Assembly: GCA_009914755.4 (NCBI GenBank)
Contig: CP068257.2
Location: forward strand, 32,576,001 to 32,640,000
DNA from: the human T2T-CHM13v2.0 reference genome, Homo sapiens
Direction: 5' to 3'
DNA length: 64,000 nt
Position 1 is the first letter of the stretch. Every line of letters starts with the position of its first letter. Positions 59,880 to 64,000 of the stretch are shown here, piece after piece. Under the pieces are notes generated by a model. The model worked only from the letters and a program-made list of their open reading frames with translations. It did not search any database and was not told where the DNA came from. The position numbers and the translations under genes are program-made.

Positions 59880-61320
59880 TTTAAAATAAACTTTTAATTT
59901 TAGAATAATTTGAGATTTGTGGAATTGTTGTGAAGATAGCCTAGAATTTCTATGTGCCCCACATTCCCTCTTATTAATATTTTACATGTTCACTAATTAA
60001 CATTAGTATGATACATTTGTCACAATTAATGAACAGATATTAAGGCATTATTTTTAATTAAAGTCAACCCTTTGTTCAGATTTCCTTAGTTTTTCTCTAA
60101 TATCTCTTTTCTGTCCCAGGATTCTATCCTGGATGCCACATTGCATTTAATTATTGTGAATTCTTAGGCTCCCCTTGGTTGTGAGAGTTTCTCAGATTTT
60201 CTTTGTGATGACTTTCACAGTTTTAAGAAGTACTGGTCAGGTATCTTGTAGCCTGTTCCTCAGCTGACATTTGTCTGATGTTGTTCTCATGATTAGACTA
60301 AGGTTATTGTATTTGGGGAGGAAGACCACAGAAGTAAAATACCATTCTCATTACATCATGTCAGATGTACAGACTATCAACATGATTTATCACTGCTGAT
60401 TTTAACCTTGACCACATGGTTGAGGCAGTGTTTTTTTCATATTTGCACATTGTAAAGTTACTCTTTTTCTCCCCTTTCCATTTTGCACTCTTTGGAAGGA
60501 AGTCATTATGTACAGCCCACACTTAAGGAGTGGAGAACTGTTTGCCTTCTTGAGGTGTACTCCACCCTACGGAAATTATTTGGAATTCTTCTGCACAAGA
60601 GATTTACTCATTCTCCCCCGTGTATTGATCTGGGCACTTATTTATATTAGTATGATCTCACTGATATTTATTTTATACATTGGGTTATCATCCAATACTA
60701 CTTTCTAATTTTGTTGCTCAAATTGTTCCACCTTTGGCCATTGAGAGCTCTTTCGGTTAGTTCCTGTGTCCCTTTGACATAGAAATGTGGGGTTTTTGTT
60801 CTTGCTTTTGTCTTGAGCACTTTCTTACTTTTTTGGCCCTACAAGATGTCCCAGGATTATTTTGTAGGTATCTTTCTTGCTCCAGTCCTAGAAGCAGCCA
60901 GTTCTCTAAGGAGGCCTGGTTCCTTTTATTGGAGAATGCTATTAGAAACCAAGATCTAGGTGGTAGGTGTGCTCGTTGCAACTAAGTGGTCATTGAATCT
61001 AGGCCCCCTCAACTGACAGAGTAAGGATATATGTATGTGTGGTATACTAACTTGTGTATTTACACATATCTTAAATATTTTTATATGTAACTACTTGTAT
61101 CTATATTAAGCCAAATATGTGTTCATACTGATGTCTCCGACTCTAATCTATTACTACATAGATCATTCTAGCCTCTTTCCCTTTCCTGTCTGTAACCTCC
61201 CACTCTAACATTAAGAAACCTAGCTTTTACCATCTGCTATCCATTTACTTAATTGTTCAGTTTCAGTATGCATATATAATGATTTCAAAGTTGTTAACTG
61301 TACCCTCATGGGAAACGACT
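59880..61320. mobile_element. Probable high-copy interspersed repeat, family not assigned (resembles the AT-rich 5' region of an old L1 or a similar common element)
   Basis: Several stretches match a common human repeat from recall, e.g. gggttatcatccaatactactttctaattttgttgctcaaattgttccacctttggccattgagagctctttcggttagttcctgtgtccctttgacatag and ccagtcctagaagcagccagttctctaaggaggcctggttccttttattggagaatgctattagaaaccaagatctaggtggtaggtgtgctc. Confidence 0.35.
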
Positions 61321-62710
61321 TTATCAGCTAGAGTACAGTTCTGGGCTTATGTACAGTTCCTTAACCTTCAGTCTTACAGACTCCACTCACTTCCAAAGTT
61401 ACTGTACCTTATTCCTCTACATTCTGCATTTCATCCTGGGATCTTCTGTCTTCTAAAATGATTTTATCCCAGCTTCAATTGAAAAATACCAAAGAAGGAA
61501 TTACACTTGCACCAGCCCTTGTAGTTAGAATAATTTGGTACTTTGATCATCAGGGACTGTGTTGGTTGCCCTGTTCTGTGCTGAGAGATGGTGTTGGGTT
61601 GCTGGGATTGTCTCTCTGTCCATAATCATATGACTGGTATGGAAGAGAAGAAGGTCCCACAAAGGAAATGGGGTGCAGGACAGACAAAACAACAGATGCC
61701 CACAGTATTCCACTTCTTAGTCCTACAGCACACATGCACACATCCATCTTCCCACATTTATAGCTAGAAACCTAGCCTTTCCTAATGAAATTTATATGTC
61801 TTCTCTTCCCAAAGGCAGTCAAGTTAAAATCCGCATAGTTACTATATGCAGCTGCAAGTCCAGGAGCCCTGAGTGATATGTTTTGTTCTCACCTAGATTT
61901 GAATGTGGCTCTTCAGGGTCAGGCAAATTCCTGCCCAAAAGTATTTGGATTCTAACAAAGAAGAAAAAACAGAGTAATATTTAACCAAAGTTATAAATTT
62001 TTAATAGAAGAATAGCAAGAGGATTTTCTTGATCAGTAAATATTTGTACTTTTGTAATTTTTTTCATATAATGCTGTGTAGATACTTAATGACTCTATCC
62101 ATGTTTTAGCCTGGGTCTGTGGAGAAGGCAGACAGTGAAAGATATGGATTCATGTGTTCTGGAGACATCAGTTTCTACCCTCAGCATTGCTTAATGTGTG
62201 TTCTAATTTTGTTTGCATACAGGTTTCATTTCTCAGTGCTAATTGAAATTCAAATAAGTATCTTTTGTATTCTCATGATAGTTTCATTTAGTAATCACTT
62301 TGTGTCTGTCAAGAATTTTATGTATGTTCTTCTTTAACTCCATTAATCTTAGCTGAATTTCAAAGCATTGTAATTAAATTGTATCAAATTGTTTACTTTG
62401 AAACCCTTTTTAAAATGTCAATGGACTGGAATTAAATTCTATTAATTGGTACAGAGTGCCTGCAAAGGCAGAATGAGTTGCAATATGTGACCATTGCTAA
62501 TATGATGAGACCAGAGTTGACATTAATAAAAGAACTGTAATAATTTACCATCTGCTTGATCAGCTGATGCTTCTTAGCATATCATAAAAGACTACAGAAA
62601 GAAGAAAGCTATTTTCAGTTGATGAAAGGTAATGATGCTGTGATTCCAAGCAGAACCTCTCAGTAGTTGCATCTTTATCACTTCCATTCTTTTAAGAATT
62701 CTGCTATATA

Positions 62711-62711
<1 letters not shown>

Positions 62712-62748
<37 letters not shown>
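62712..62748. repeat. (CA)18 microsatellite
   Basis: cacacacaca... read directly. Confidence 0.95.
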
Positions 62749-62751
<3 letters not shown>

Positions 62752-64000
62752 CCAAGTTCCTCAAATGGTAGAATATTTTAAATATTTCCATTTAACAAAT
62801 CAATGTTTTTAACATGAAAATCCAAGTTGAATATAATTGTGCCACCCACAAAAATGATAGGGTTTAAAAAAAGTGGGATTTCATAGATATTATAGGTTAT
62901 GTAGACCAATATTAGGACATAAGTTTAAAATCTGCTGAATGAACATCATCTTCTCTCATTTCTATCAATGTATTGCTATGACTGGGTATATGAGCTCATT
63001 TGGAGATAATGTCAAAAGTTTCAATTTAAGACTGTTTATGAATGTGGGACCCTGCCCTCTGCTACCTGGCTTTCTGGCCTCCCCATAACAGATAACTCTG
63101 ATTAGTAGTGCTTCACAGCTCAAAAATCTTCAGTAACTCCTTAGTCTTCCACCTATGTTCTTCCACACTTTGGTTATCACTTGCCCATTTCCCTTATTTC
63201 TCATCAATTATTTTCCTTTTACTCCTATTCTTTCCTCTGCCTGGGAACCTCTTCCCAGTTTTGTCTAGCAGTTTCTGAGGGCAGTGACCCTGTCTGGCTT
63301 ATGGCATAGCTCATAAGTGGTTATAATGTTTCCGTAGATATTTGCCAACAAATGAACAACTATTTACATTCTACCCATTTTTCAAAACCAGGCTCAAATA
63401 ATACCACTTCTAAAAAGATCTCTCTGATTCTTCATCTGGAACTAACCTCTATGTCCATATGTTGTGATCTAGAACTCCTTTTGTTATAGCACTTTTTACA
63501 TATGGACATCGTCTGCTAATAATCTCTACTTACACATCTTCTAGAACATGGGGTAATATAGAAAGTCCTTCCTCTTTCCATAAAAAGAAATCACCAGCCA
63601 ATCTTATGTTTGCCCCACATATTTGCTGCTTTTTTTCCCCACAAATGACAATATGACTCTTTTCCTACCAAAATTTACCCCCTCTACGTGTGTTCTAGAA
63701 CCTACCTTTTCTTCTTCTGATAAGGTACTTGCTCCCTGTAGCTCCTCTAACATCAATCTATCAGTCTTCTTCTCTTTACAGAATCATTTTCACCAGCACT
63801 CAAATGTGTTCTAATATTTCCCTTCTTAACAAATAATTCCTGTTGATGTCATATACTTTAGGAATCACCATCACATTCTCTTTCCTCCCTTTCATAGCAA
63901 AACTTCTTGAGTTGCTCATGGTACCTGTTTCTCGTCCTCATCTTTTATTCTCTCCTCATCCCAGTTAGACTGGGTTTATAACCCCACCAGCTCACTGAGG

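Overview
This window is not a prokaryotic or accessory-genome segment. It reads as human (catarrhine-primate) nuclear DNA, either intergenic or intronic, and interspersed repeats cover roughly 40-45% of it. Where I give a repeat family name, that comes from recalling the family consensus; Alu SINEs are the most secure of these assignments. From the sequence I can support the following elements.

- At least 30 Alu SINEs in both orientations, several with intact target-site duplications.
- Five MaLR solo LTRs of the THE1/MST type.
- Several 5'-truncated L1 3' ends: one fairly young L1PA-like copy that keeps ORF2 reading frame, and several old L1M-like copies.
- MIR fragments.
- Two copies of a Tc1/mariner-type MITE, each inserted at a TA dinucleotide inside an L1 3'UTR.
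- Fragments of hAT-like elements.
- A 30-bp fragment derived from the 5' end of U2 snRNA.
- Many microsatellites: (GT)n, (CA)n, (TATC)n, (GGAA)n and (GA)n.

The one clearly non-repetitive functional candidate is a ~1.1 kb CpG island at ~7.9-9.0 kb. It has a CCAAT box, GC boxes and an embedded compound (GT)22(GA)12 repeat, which fits a TATA-less promoter of a transcript I cannot identify. No protein-coding gene can be supported. Every six-frame ORF is short. The longer ones translate Alu, L1 ORF2, microsatellite or GC-rich non-coding sequence. There are no CRISPR arrays, rRNA or tRNA genes, or operon-like structure.

The structures most worth a second look are these.

- A ~350 bp imperfect palindrome (~105-bp arms) at 23.4 kb.
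- A ~53-bp direct repeat upstream of and at the edge of the CpG island; the distal copy shows CpG decay.
- A perfect 12-bp palindrome CTGATTAATCAG at the island edge.
- Nested transposon insertions.
- Inverted Alu pairs that could form hairpins.

All coordinates are read by eye and are approximate to about ±5 bp. Family-level repeat names beyond Alu, L1, MaLR and MIR are tentative.
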